A stretch of 64,000 nt of DNA from Yuukianura sp. NJ FZ-2021 (taxonomy: Eukaryota). The notes under the pieces are model-generated. The model was not told where the DNA came from and made no database searches. It saw only the letters and a program-made list of their open reading frames with translations. A program made the translations under genes and the position numbers. Shown here one piece after another: positions 43,537-56,178 of this stretch (within the stretch, counting starts at the first letter, position 1; each line of letters begins with the position of its first letter). Location of the stretch: assembly GCA_046563655.1 (NCBI GenBank), contig CM102283.1, forward strand, positions 8,990,001 through 9,054,000, in the 5' to 3' direction.

Positions 43537-46500
43537 TTTCAACTTTGGAAACCTATAAACAAAACAATAATCGTTTGAAGTTAAACAGGACGTGTAAACA
43601 TTTCACATCAAAACCATGTGCTGCTTTTTACCTTTGTCAAGATGTTACTGTTACAGTTACAGCCCAGAAAAGTTGTTCAGGGGAAGTTTAACGTGTTATC
43701 TTCAAAATTCGCTTGCGGTGAAACACATTGGAGAATACATTCAATCAGCTTATGGCTTATCTTAACAATGCCGTCTTTGACGATTAAATGATTAACAATT
43801 AACTTACGCACTAACGCAACAACTTACTATATAACACTTACAACGGCAGAACATTAGGGAATAATCCACTTCCCAATTTACTAACTTTCACCTTAATTTT
43901 CGGATTTCGGTTTCCACTTTGCTCTTTCCTAACTGCAACTGCAATTCAAATTTCGAATTCGAAATCAAATTCACGTTTTTTTTTTCAAAATTTTGAAAAC
44001 AGCTAGGCTAAGAAAAATTTTGATTCAAAACCTGAATGTTCTCCCGCACTTTTTCTTGCAAGTTGTAAAAGCTACAACTAAACGCAAAACTACAAAATGG
44101 CAATTCAATTGTAATGTAATTTAACTGTAAAGCTTTATTATGTAATTAATTTCTTTGCTAAACTAAATTCTTTAATTTAACTAAGGTATTCAATAAACTA
44201 CTCATGTACGTAAAGGCAATTAAAACTGTAGTACCACTTTGATTTTACTAACTTTGAGGTTTACAAGTACTTATTTTATAAATGCATTTATATATTGTTG
44301 ATTTGCAATTCGTCAATTGCCATTTTTGAAGTGCCATTCTCCAAATGCCATTGTTTTGTTGCACTAGCAGTTGTTTACACCACACTATATCACACATAGT
44401 GGGGCAAACTCAAATTCAAATTATTTGCCCGTTATATTAAGTAATTTACGTTATCTATATCAAAATTCATTGATCTTGTCTTAATTACTTTTACTATTTG
44501 CAACTGTTTTAGCTTGTATAATAGTTTAAGATTCTTAATCACATTGCTAAAAAAAAGTTCAACAACAAAACTGACAGATACCATTTTGCAAAAAGCGCCC
44601 ACCCGTGAACTTAAAGGCTTCTTCTTGCTTGTGAAAAGTTTTTCACAAACCAATATGTTTATGTTTTTTTTTTCATTTTTTCAATGAAAAAATCAATTCT
44701 TTGTTCTTTTCTTTGTCAATTGAATACGTAATGAGTAAAGTTATAATTTATTCATCATCTCACTAATGTTAACGTTTTGTTTTTAAAAGTCGCCATCTTT
44801 TCTAAAATATACAATGGAGGAACTGGGAGATAACGGGTGAGGTCAAACTTCGTTCAACTAGCAGATTAATCATCGGTTAAGCAAATTCACACTTATTTTC
44901 CGGAAGTCAACGTGTCATCACCTTTACGCCTGAAGTCATCAGTCATCGTTCTACAGTTAATACCAGGTCAGTCATGCTTTTTCTTTTTGGCATTGCTTAC
45001 CCTTATTTACAAAAACCAACCGAGCCTCCTTCCAGTAACCAACTCATCTTTATTCCTGTTGTGAAATAATAGTGTCAGTAGAATGTTTGCAATAACATGT
45101 GTGGCAAGAGGGAGGTTATGCCAAGGTTATCTGGATCTTTGCGTTTCGGATTGACCTACTGAGGCGGAGGACACACCAAGACGCAGTTGCTGGTCCCCGT
45201 TTAATAAGTGCAAACTGATTTGGCAACAAAACATCACGGGATTTGGAGTGTGAAGTAACAGGACATGCCTCCAAGACCTCTGTGTCGATTGCATGACCAT
45301 TCACTAAAGTAGCATTTGGCTACTAAACCTACTGTTTGCCAAGTGCGTAGAAATTTTCTATTGGTTCTCGACGGAGGAGTGGTTGTACGTAGTTACTGTT
45401 AAGTGCTTAACCTGCCACGCCTCTGTGGTGAACGTGATATATTTACCGTAGGCACAATGCAATACCCTGCAAAAAACGGAACGAACTTGGTTGTGGTACG
45501 TACTTGCTAGTACTGACACAATTGCGCATTTTATATCCATCCCAGCATCGTCGTAAACAACTTGCTTACTACTAAAATATACACGTGCCGTTGTGGTCCA
45601 CTTCTCAAAGTGTGTATCAATGTCAACTACGTCATGACATCAGGCCATACAAATCTCTCTTTGTTTCTTTGCAGATGAGAGTACTAGGCATTATCTTCCA
45701 TGCGTTTCGCAATGATCAACTTAAAATCAAGTGAGTACTGCGGTCACATCTAAAAAGTTGTTTTTAAAATATCACTGGCTGTACGTTATCATTTTGTGTA
45801 TTGAAGGTTAAGAGGAAGACAATCGTGTACTAGGAAGGTGACACTCATGACATTTTGACATTGGTTTTTACTCCTCGTGGTTACGATTATAATTGTCATT
45901 ACCCAATGCTATGCAGTTAATTGTAATCCTAATCATGTAGTGTGTGGCACATGAGCGTGGATGCTACTAATGTTAATTAGTGGTTGAGGTTGTTCTTGAG
46001 GTGGGAATTTTGTTGATATCGTATGATCCTCAACTTAATGGGCTTAACATAGCGCATGTTAAGGAAGATGTGTTGACTATTCCTTGAGAAATTTAGTTTC
46101 GAAATAATTTCTGGTTTTCCCGATTTTTTGTTTTAAAAAACGCGAACTTTTCATGAAATTTTTGGGTATAAAAGTGAAAGTGGATTAGTTTTACTTTTAA
46201 CTAGCTGAGGTCAGGTTTTAAAATTCATTTTGAAGGCAACATTCAGAACAGAGAGACAGAAATAGTGCTGTGTGTTTAATATTTATAACTCGTGCTGTCT
46301 GCTGTGGTTTTATTTGTGCCAAAAAGTGACGCAGGTATAGCTTTATTTTCATTTTATTGATCTAACATGCACTTTTGCACAGGGTTCGAAGGCTGTAACT
46401 TACGTCCTGTAACTTACGTAACTTACGTACGTAAGTTACGTAATTTTCAGAGGGGTTGTAATTTTCGAAATTTTCATTCGTTTGAATTTTACGCGGGAGG

Positions 46501-46585
46501 GAGACAGCGTAGGAGTCAGGGGAGCGGGAGAAGTCCAAAATAACAAAAGAGCAGAGATTTAGATGATTATTTTTTCGGTTTTTTC

Positions 46586-47285
46586 TCGAGCAGACTGCTC
46601 GAGAAATACCAGGATAATTCTCGAGCAGTCTGCTCGAGAAATACTAGGATATTCTTCGAGCAGTCTGCTCGAGAAATACCAGGATAATTCTCGAGCAGTC
46701 TGCTCGAGAAATACCAGGATATTCTTCGAGCAGTCTGCTCGAGAAATACCAGGATATTCTTCGAGCAGACTGCTCGAGAAATACCAGGATAATTCTCGAG
46801 CAGTGTGCTCGAGAAATACCAGGATATTCTTCGAGCAGTCTGCTCGAGAAATACCAGGATAATTCTCGAGCAGTCTGCTCGAGAAATACCAGGATATTCT
46901 TCGAGCAGTCTGCTCGAGAAATACCAGGATAATTCTCGAGCAGTCTGCTCGAGAAATACCAGGATATTCTTCGAGCAGTCTGCTCGAGAAATACCAGGAT
47001 AATTCTCGAGCAGTCTGCTCGAGAAATACCAGGATATTCTTCGAGCAGTCTGCTCGAAAAATACCAGGATAATTCTCGAGCAGTCTGCTCGAGAAATACC
47101 AGGATATTCTTCGAGCAGTCTGCTCGAAAAATACCAGGATAATTCTCGAGCAGTCTGCTCGAGAAATACCAGGATATTCTTCGAGCAGTCTGCTCGAAAA
47201 ATACCAGGATAATTCTCGAGCAGTCTGCTCGAGAAATACCATGATAATTCTCGAGCAGTCTGCTCGAGAAATACCAGGATATTCT
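46586..47285. repeat. 35-bp palindromic minisatellite x20 within the hAT element
   Basis: Unit TCGAGCAGTCTGCTCGAGAAATACCAGG(ATAATTC/ATATTCT); the two variants mostly alternate; core inverted repeat CTCGAGCAG-T-CTGCTCGAG. Confidence 0.97.
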
Positions 47286-47327
47286 TCGTAGCTTTTCTTT
47301 CTGTTGTTTTAACTGGCTGTTATTGAA

Positions 47328-47528
47328 ATGCCACGAGTCAGAGATCCGATTTGGAACGATTTTGACCTTGAAGCAAACCCGGGCAGTAAGATCCCCTGGG
47401 CAAATTGTAAGTTGTGTGATTGGAGACATGCAGGAATCCCGGACAGGATGAAATCACACTTACAGAAATTTCAAAACGTTGGCAAAGACTCCGAATCAAT
47501 TGGGCCAAGTACGTCATGTTCACTTTAA
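47328..47528 (+). pseudogene. Truncated transposase N-terminus with BED zinc finger
   Basis: MPRVRDPIWNDF...ANCKLC...RMKSHLQK fits the BED finger pattern (W..F, CxxC, HL); no DDE domain follows. Confidence 0.75.
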
Positions 47529-50508
47529 TATTTTCAGAGTCTAATTGTTGAGAGCGATGCGAGCCTGAGGAAGAGTTAGATGTGATGGCAGTGGAATAAT
47601 TAGTGTTATGTTTCTCGAACTATTTGTGTTAATTGCGTTAAGTGTGTTAGTTTAGTCTTAAAAATAAAATAGTAGTAAATATTGTGTACCGCAGTATATT
47701 TCTATCAGGCCTTGGTTTGATTTTTAACGCAATTAGATAGTAGATATTAATAGTTTATGGTTTGGGGATGGGAGTGGGGTGCAGGCGGCTTGTTTTGAAA
47801 ATTACAATCTTACGTAGATTACGTAAGTTACGATAATTACGTAAGTTACGTAGTTTTCGGCAAAAATACCGTAATTTTCGAACCCTGCTTTTGCACTAGG
47901 ATACTTTCATGTTTCTAAGAAAAAGTTTCTGCAAAATTGCAGACTATCATGGAGAAAGTGAAAGGTGAAAGTTCACGTTAAGTCCTAGTTTTTTCACTTC
48001 AAAACTGTCAAATTTTCGGCAGAGTTTGTTTATTTTAAATTTTTAATTTTATTACATAAATAGGTAAATTTTAAATTGAATTTTTGTTATGACTGTTTTT
48101 GGTCATACGCTTTTTAAGGGAGTGTCTGATGGCCCAACCTTCTAGAAAACCTAATGTAAGCAGTCGTGTCTGTCTTGAGTGACACACCCTTCTAGAGTTA
48201 AGACGTGACACTTTTGTGTCTTGACGAAACTTAGATACTGCATGACAAATGATAAGATTGCACTACTGCCCATGTTCAGTAATACTTTCTAAAAAAAAAC
48301 AACTCTTCTTGTGAGACTTAAAAGTTCAAGTGGGTCAGATGACTTTTAAGTGACACTGAACAAACAACATTTGCGTCTTCTTTGCTTGTTTACGTCTGAA
48401 TCAATTCCGTAGTCTCGCCTCTTTCCGTTCAACATTTACGACTTTGTTTCTCAGTTTCAAAATTTACTAGGAAAATGTAAAATCTGGAAGTTAACGGGGA
48501 TTTTATGCTCAAACTTTAATGTCTTTTTATAGTTAAGCAGAAAACTTCATTGTGAGCCATGAAACTCCTGTTGTAAAGAAAATAATTCAATATTTCCATC
48601 ACGCCACTATTTTTTTTTTCGTTGTCGATAATTACATCCTTCCTGAATCAAGTTCAACCACTTCAGTTAATTTTTGTTAAAGCTTGGGTGGGCAGGTCAA
48701 GAAGTTTAGTTTTAACTTTCAGTAGAAAAAAAATTAACAGGTTTGTTTCCTTGTCTTTACGCCAAGAATTTTTTTGTTGTCAAAAATAGATATAATTTCA
48801 ATTTGTTGTTATCAGGAAGATAGCCAAGTGGAACAAATTTACAGTTTTCGGTTTACAAATTTCCCCAAATTTTAGGCTTTACAAAAACGTATCTTTCCTT
48901 TTTCAAGATTATTTCGAAATAGATTTTACTATGGGATAGTGAAATTTGACCTGTGAAAGCACCAAAATTCAAAATTTAAATTTCAAGGTCATTGACCTTT
49001 GTATGAAAAGCAGGTCATTGAATTCGAAACGTGAAGTTTGGACCGGATTTTGATTTGAGGATAAAGTTTTCCTGTGATGAATGACTGTGTGTTCTGTTCT
49101 AAATTCAACACAAGTGACGAGAGATCAATTTGCTAAGTTTTTAATCCTTAGGGCGACAAGCTTTTTCTGAAAATAGCCAACTGTTTTCGTTTTCTGTGTT
49201 CAAAGTTTGTCAAACTGTGCTAAAAGTTCTTGTAACCTAGAATAAGTAAAAGTTGCGATGAAAGAGTACTTGCAAAAGCCGTAAACCCACAAAGTAATGT
49301 TGATTTTAAAAGCGTCTTTTAACTTCCTGGTTTCGTTTTCATTTAAACTTTAAAGTAAACCGACCTACTTATCTCGTTTTTTGAACTTTTTAGAGCTACA
49401 CTTCCTAAGTGTTCTGAAATTTTCGAACTTCTAAAATTCCCGGGCGGCATAGTATTACGTGTAGTAGGATATGTATTTGTGTGTTATTAATTAAAACGTG
49501 TTTATTAATTATGGCAGTGCAAAGTGTTATAATGACTCACTTAAAACAAACATCATGCGATGAACGATTTCCTTGAAATCGCCTCATTGTTTCGTCCAAT
49601 TCTCATCTTTCTCACTCGGTCGTACGATCAAATTCGCATGAGAGGAGCTACAGGTTTTTGCAGTTTTTTTTTGTTGTGTGGATTTGAGTGCTTTTTGCAG
49701 TTATCGACTAATTTTTTGCAGAGCACCCTGGGGTAAGAGCATAGTGCTTTGGAGTGACGCGGCTGCTGACACTTGAGCACTACTGAGCTAATGTATGTTC
49801 TGTATGAAGTTATGATTCAGCAGCATAACGTTGGAAAGTGGGATTTGGAAGTGGATGTTAAGGGGTTTTTAGTACGAGCTTTTGCACAGACTCTCAGCTT
49901 TTGAACGCCTCCCAGCCAACTTGTCATGTGAAAAGTCCAAGTCCACGAAATAAGGTAGATGTTAGGCTTAGTTCCCACGACATTCACTCTCCAGCGTCAG
50001 TCCAACACTCTACCACAACATGTGAACTTCTGGAAAATACTAGTGCATTACAGTGAATTACATGTGCAAAAACAATTTAACTTTGGAAAAGTTTAAATAC
50101 AAAGTTTAGTAAGAAGTGAGTTACTAAAAGTTAAAACTAAAAGTGACACTTAAAAACTAAAGATTTTGACGGGAATAATTTCAATTTTGTGTGAAAGGTA
50201 AAAATTCTTCCTTGGTTTTTAGCTACTCCCACGCAATAATCTTTAGGCCATCCACCTTTTTTTGTACGAGTTCACACGCTACCTACGATAACAAAATTAC
50301 TAAATTTTAGTTAGCCTAGTTAAGTTTTAGTTAGGCTAATAAAAAGTTTTAGTTAAAAATTTTTTTGTTAACATTTCTCATTTTTTGTCTGCTTTTTGTG
50401 TTGCAGGGGAATCCAACCGAGTAGAGTTTTCTACGGATGTGTCCAAAGAGCGGCGTAACCTTTGACCTTTAAAGAAAAAACGGAAGTTTAGGAACTAAAA
50501 AGCTGAAG

Positions 50509-53500
50509 ATGAACTACTTGGGTGTGAGTGGAATTCGGAGTTTGTTTTCGAGCGTAAAGGGATTCTACAGTGGGATCAATTCAGCCACACTCACTGGAGC
50601 AATTGACGTGATTGTGGTGGAACAGGAAGATGGTTCATTCAGATGCGCTCCTTTCCATGTCCGCTTTGGCAAATTGGGAGTTTTGAGAGCAAGAGAAAAG
50701 GTGAGAAACTTTCTAAAATTTTGAATTTCACAATTTTGAATGAATTTTATTTGTGGTAGTCAAAATGTCCTTGTCTTTGGATATTGGAAAGCAGGAACGA
50801 GCGTGTGATAAAGTTAGGGGCATAGAGATGACCTTGTTGTAGATAAAAACCAATGTCGTCACTGTGAAAGTCAATGCTAAAATGCACTTTGTTCTAACAA
50901 ATATTTTTCGATCCTCTCAAGAGGCGTTTCAGATTCAAAAACGAATTTTTTTTGATTATGCGGTTGAATTTCACAAAAATTTGTTGCGTTATTTGGGTTT
51001 TGTGATTGGGAGAAAACGTGAAATCGAAATTGCTAAATTTTTGTTTTGAAAAACTTGCTGCGTGTTGGTTTGACTCATTTTGTGGTTTTCGATTTTTGGT
51101 GTAATTTAATTCCACCTAATTTAAGAAATTTGTGACTCATGTGGTCTAAATTCTTAATTTTGCGTTGTTTTTTTTCATGTTTTAGGTGGTGGATTTAGAA
51201 GTAAATGGAATGCCAGTTCCGATTCGAATGAAACTGGGAGATTCTGGTGAAGCATTTTTTGTAGAAGAGATGAGTTTAGATGACGAACTGAATGACGAAA
51301 ATTTAGCTACGTCTCCTATACCAATGTCACCGCGTCACTCTGACAATGACAGTGACAGGAAGAAAGGACGACTGGACATGGACGACTCCATGGAAATCAA
51401 ATTGATCAATCCAAGTGACGGAGTGAAGATTAAGAGTTTAGGTGAAGACAAGTTTGACGGATCTCCAAGTAAAGGAGACGATTTAAAAGGAATGAGAAAG
51501 AGAAGAAAAAAGAGAAAGAAAAATCCAGTGAGTTGGCACAAAAAAGATGAAAAAAATCAATATTGCATTGACTAAACTTTTTTTGTGTTTCAGGGGTCAA
51601 GGTCAGACATTTCGACGAATGTTAGTCAAAGTGACAGCAGGACGGGAATGAGTCAAGAAGATGTGATGTTCACAATGGATGAAGATTTGGCTCAAGTGAG
51701 TGAAGTTCTGAGTGGATTGGAACTGAACAATTTTGGATCCAGCGTAGTTCCGCACAGTCGCAGTTTCCACCGTGATTTCTACTCTGACACGGAAGTAGAT
51801 GCTACTTGTACTCCGCAGAATTCCCGCCCTTCAACTCCAATTCAATCTGATTCTGAGTATGAGATTACCAAACACATTAAGGTGAGGTTTATTTAATTGA
51901 TTTAAGTTGGAATAAGCATAATTTTTGTGAAACTGCCAGCATTTCACTCAAATACTTCGATGATACTGCGCAGTACACTTAAAAGATGCTGTGTGTACTA
52001 ATGTTTCAAGAGCCAAACAAAATTAGAGTTGAAAGTTTTGTCAAAGTACTTGAGTTGAGAGGTAATTGGCTCAAGTACTTGATAAATTTTGTCCAGCATG
52101 ACCAAGTATTTTTGTGGAATTGCGTAATTGTGTAAGTTAATTTTTTGTTCTGTTTTTAGGGAGATGATGAAGATCAAGTTGGAAAATGGCCGTGGGGAGA
52201 ACTGCCATCGCCAGCACCATTAGGTGGAATGACTCCCATGACCATGCCAGCATCCGTGACCCAGCCACAACCTCAACCAACTACACTTTCACAACAGTCT
52301 CCTCAAAAATCTAGTAAGAAAACACTTTTTAGAATAGATTTTTTAGAATTTTAGAATTTTTAGAACACTATTCTTAGAAGCGCTCGTGCAGGTCGTCATT
52401 GACTAAAACTTGTGACAAGAACAAAAGTTTTAGTTCATACATACGAAATAATACAGTTGTGGAAAAGTTGGCAAAAACAGTTTCATTTTGTGTTTGAAAT
52501 GGAATCGTTTTCGCACGAGCAGAATGCATGCAGAGTCAAAGTGTTTTGACTTTGGCAAGGGCAGAGTTGGCACTTTCTCTTTCCTGTGAAACTTTTAGTT
52601 TTTTATCGTTTTTTATAGTACTTTGGACATGGTCTAATAAATACTTGACTTAATGATGGAATTTTGTTGATTTTTGACTTAGGTAGTGACGAAAATCCAC
52701 TTTCAAGTGATGAAGAGTCGAGAAACAGATCTGGCTCTGACAATCGGTCTATGCTGGCAGGCATGTTTTCATTTATGAAGAGAAGTTCACGACAGACGAG
52801 TGGCGGAACTACGGCTCAACCAGAGTTGTACTTGGATGACATTAATCCAGACAACATGGATCCTGACAAGTTTGCTCTCTACTTCCCAAATGTCGTAAGA
52901 GATGTAAGAAATTCAGAGGTTTCTGAAATTTTTTCTGAAATTCAGAGGTTGTTGACACTAAATCTGAAATTTTGCTTTTTGAATTTCAGAGAGATTATTT
53001 TCGTCCAGAGCCAGAGCGAGACGAGGACGTTGAATCGGGAAAAGGAAGTTCGTTGCCACAGTCACCCCAGCCTGGTTCATCTCCAAAGGGATCGCAGCTA
53101 TCAATTTACATGGAAGATCGTCATAGAGAACGTAAGTTTCAAAATACTGAAATTTCAACTTTTGATGAAATTTCTATAAAATTTTTATGAAATCTTCTTC
53201 TACATTTGCTCTTTCAGGAGCCAACTCTGGTCCAGTCCATAACGTCGAAGCGATTTCACTTTGTGGCAATAACCTTGCGTTGTTTGAACAATCTAAAATC
53301 ACCTATGACGACTTGGTTGAAAATCCGGACGTTATTATGAAAGCATCTCCGGAAGCAATTGTAGTCAAAATTGATGGAAAGTATGTTTCATGGGCAGCAG
53401 CACTTCCAACACTACTCTCAACGACGCTGTTCAAACGACCTCTACCGGAACAAGTTTACCAAAAGTAAGAATTTTTAAGATTTTTTTGAAAATTTGTTGT

Positions 53501-55470
53501 GAGATTTTGTTCAAGTAGTTCAATTTTTGTGGTTTTTGTAGATTGTTGGATCAGAATGTAAAGAAAGACGATGTTCCTAGCAACAGCCAAGCAGATGGAA
53601 TTGGCGGGAAAGATAATGGACCGAAGCGGCAAGGCTCTTGGTTCTTCTCATGGCGACGTACAAATTCAAACAATGCTTCGGCCTTGTCCGATGGAAATGG
53701 ATCTCAACCTTCATCCCCCGAGGGGAAATTGACTAAACAGGAGATTAGTAATGGAACTGCGCTAAGAAGTAATGAGAATATTGGAGATTCTTCGACAGAT
53801 GAGTCTGATCATGATGGAAACAAGTCTGGACGTTCAAGTAGAAGAGACATGCATTCAGTCATTAACATTCCGCCGTCGAGTATTCCTATTCCTGGAGCTG
53901 AAAAATTTAAGAAAACGCTGAGACTCAACAGCGATCAAATCGTAAGTGTTATAAAAACAATTTTTTGATTTCAGTTGGCTGATTTTCAATTTGAATTTGT
54001 CGTTTTTAGAGACTTTTGGGTTTGAGGTATGGACAAAACGAAGCCGTTTTTAGTGTGACGACTGCTTACCAAGGAACAACGAGTGCTCGATGTCACATTT
54101 ACCTTTGGAGATTTGATGATCGAATTGTCGTTTCTGATATTGATGGGACCATTACAAAGTCCGATGTACTTGGTCATGTGCTTCCAATGATCGGAAATGA
54201 CTGGGCTCAGTCTGGAGTAGCTCAACTCTTTACTCAAATCCAAGGAAATGGATACAAAATGTTGTATTTGTCATCACGATCAATTGGTAAATTTCATAAA
54301 ATTTCAAGTTTGTGACAAAATGATAAAAACTGACTGTTTTCCAAGTTTGTGACAACTAATGATAAAAACTGTAACTTTTTTCCTCAAAAGGTCAAGCATC
54401 AGCTACTCGTGACTATTTGAGATCAATCAAACAAGATGATGTTACACTTCCTGATGGACCTTTGCTCCTCAATCCAACTTCACTCATGTCAGCCTTCCAT
54501 CGTGAAGTTATTGAAAAACGCCCGGAAGAATTCAAAATTGCTTGTTTGAGAGACGTCCAACTCCTGTTCCCTAGCAATCCATTTTATGCTGGCTATGGAA
54601 ATCGAATCAACGACGTCTGGGCCTACCGCGCAGTCGAAATTGCTGTTCCACGCATTTTTACGATCAATCACCGTGGAGAGTTACGCCATGCTCTGACGAA
54701 TACATTCCAGTCATCGTAAGTTTAAAAAAAGAATACTTTTTGGAAGAATAACGCTAGTTTTTGAAAAAATGTTAACGTGATTACACTGCTGTCGATGTTG
54801 TTGTTGGTGGAGGGAGTAACTATTTAGACTTTGTAACAAACCTAAAGCTTCGTCGCACGCACATGCGCTCTTTTGCTAAAAATTTTACACACTCTCTATC
54901 ACTATCTTCTTCCTATTTATTTATTTTACTCGCAGATATATTGGTCTAACGTGTATTGTGGATGATATTTTTCCAAAATTCTCGTCTTCCGGTTTTTAAT
55001 ATCGGTATAATTTTCTTATTTCAAAATTTGAAAAAGTTTTTTACTCAAGTTTTTACTTTCGTTTTTGAATTTGTTCTTGTATTGTTTCAAAGTTTGTTCA
55101 TCCAGCACTAGTGTTTCTTGTAGAGAATTTGTTAGAAACCATGCTTGAATTGATGTTGTGTTCCTGCTGTGTTGCACTGTTTTGAATGATTTGCTTTGTA
55201 TATTTTGTCTTCTTTTGTATTCTGTTTAAAACTGAGTTCAATTTTGCATTAAAATTTTGATTTTTGTGTGTTTTTAGGTACACCAACCTGATTGAGCTCG
55301 TTGAACACATTTTTCCGGTGTACAAAGACAAAGCCCGAGTAGAGTCTGGGGGTTACAACACTTTTGAATTTTGGCGGGACCCGATTCCTGACATTCCTCC
55401 AATGGGCGTAGAGCTCCTAACGAACATTGACGTTTCGCCAAGGTCTGGTTCTACACGAAAGTCCACTTAA
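50509..55470 (+). CDS. Lpin: Lipin (phosphatidate phosphatase), multi-exon
   Basis: N-LIP ([41 protein letters not shown]), basic [15 protein letters not shown] with [10 protein letters not shown] and [17 protein letters not shown]. Confidence 0.97.
54936..54999 (+). CDS. Lpin: Alternative terminal exon of lipin
   Basis: Acceptor TTTTACTCGCAG in the same phase as the distal last exon; encodes (S)[20 protein letters not shown], similar to distal (S)[13 protein letters not shown]. Confidence 0.75.
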
Positions 55471-56178
55471 AACGCGTCTGCGCAGAAGCGGAATTTACCG
55501 AACTCTAAGCAGGAATGGCCAGTTGTATAATTTATTCTGGATGAATTTGGTGGGAAAAGCGGGACTTTCAAAAATCAAACCATAAACGTCGTTAATTTTT
55601 TTTTTTTACGATTTCTGTATTTTTTTTGTTTTGCAATTGACACCGTTGAATATAAATCGAAATCCGATTCTACTAAAAGTCATAAAATTAAAAAAAAGAA
55701 CGTTTTGAACGAACAAAGAAATAATGTACAAAATCTTACACATGACTTTGGAATTCCTGAACCATGTAAATTGTTACAAGTACTAATGTTGTTTAGTGTA
55801 AAAGCGTTAAGTTAAAGTTAATCGTAACTCCTAATTATAATTTTTGATTTTCTTTTAGTTGTAACGAAAAGACTTGTTAAACCGTACTAAAGTAAGAACA
55901 ATGCATCAAGCAGCTGAGGAGTCAAGGGTCAAGTCAATTTTTGTGATTTAAGTTACACTTCATGTACTTGCAAACCAAGGTTAAACCTGTGAAACATTAA
56001 AATTTCATAAAACTGAAACTTTTTGGCACTTTTTTGAAATAGTTTTTTATTGTAATCTTTGGATATGTTAACTTAAGTAACAAGTAGCCTCTCCTTTTAA
56101 TGGCAAAATAATGTCTATTTATAACGCAATTTAACAGTTTTTTAACATTTAGTTTTTGGTTTTTAGTAGATTTTAGTT

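Larger units (their letters stand above)
46380..47887 (+). mobile_element. hAT-superfamily deletion derivative (1508 bp)
   Basis: TIRs CAGGGTTCGAA / TTCGAACCCTG; 8-bp TSD CTTTTGCA (46372-46379, 47888-47895); subterminal TAACTTACG/CGTAAGTTA repeats; BED-finger ORF remnant. Confidence 0.92.

Noticed and set aside
46559-47429. CRISPR-like array of palindromic 35-bp repeats, and the ORFs across it
   Set aside because: No unique spacers, no cas genes, eukaryotic context; it is a head-to-tail minisatellite inside a hAT element.
43700-50406. Possible genes or ncRNAs between WDR33 and lipin
   Set aside because: Only short ORFs; best explained as promoter, 5'UTR exons and long introns of lipin, which cannot be delimited from sequence alone.
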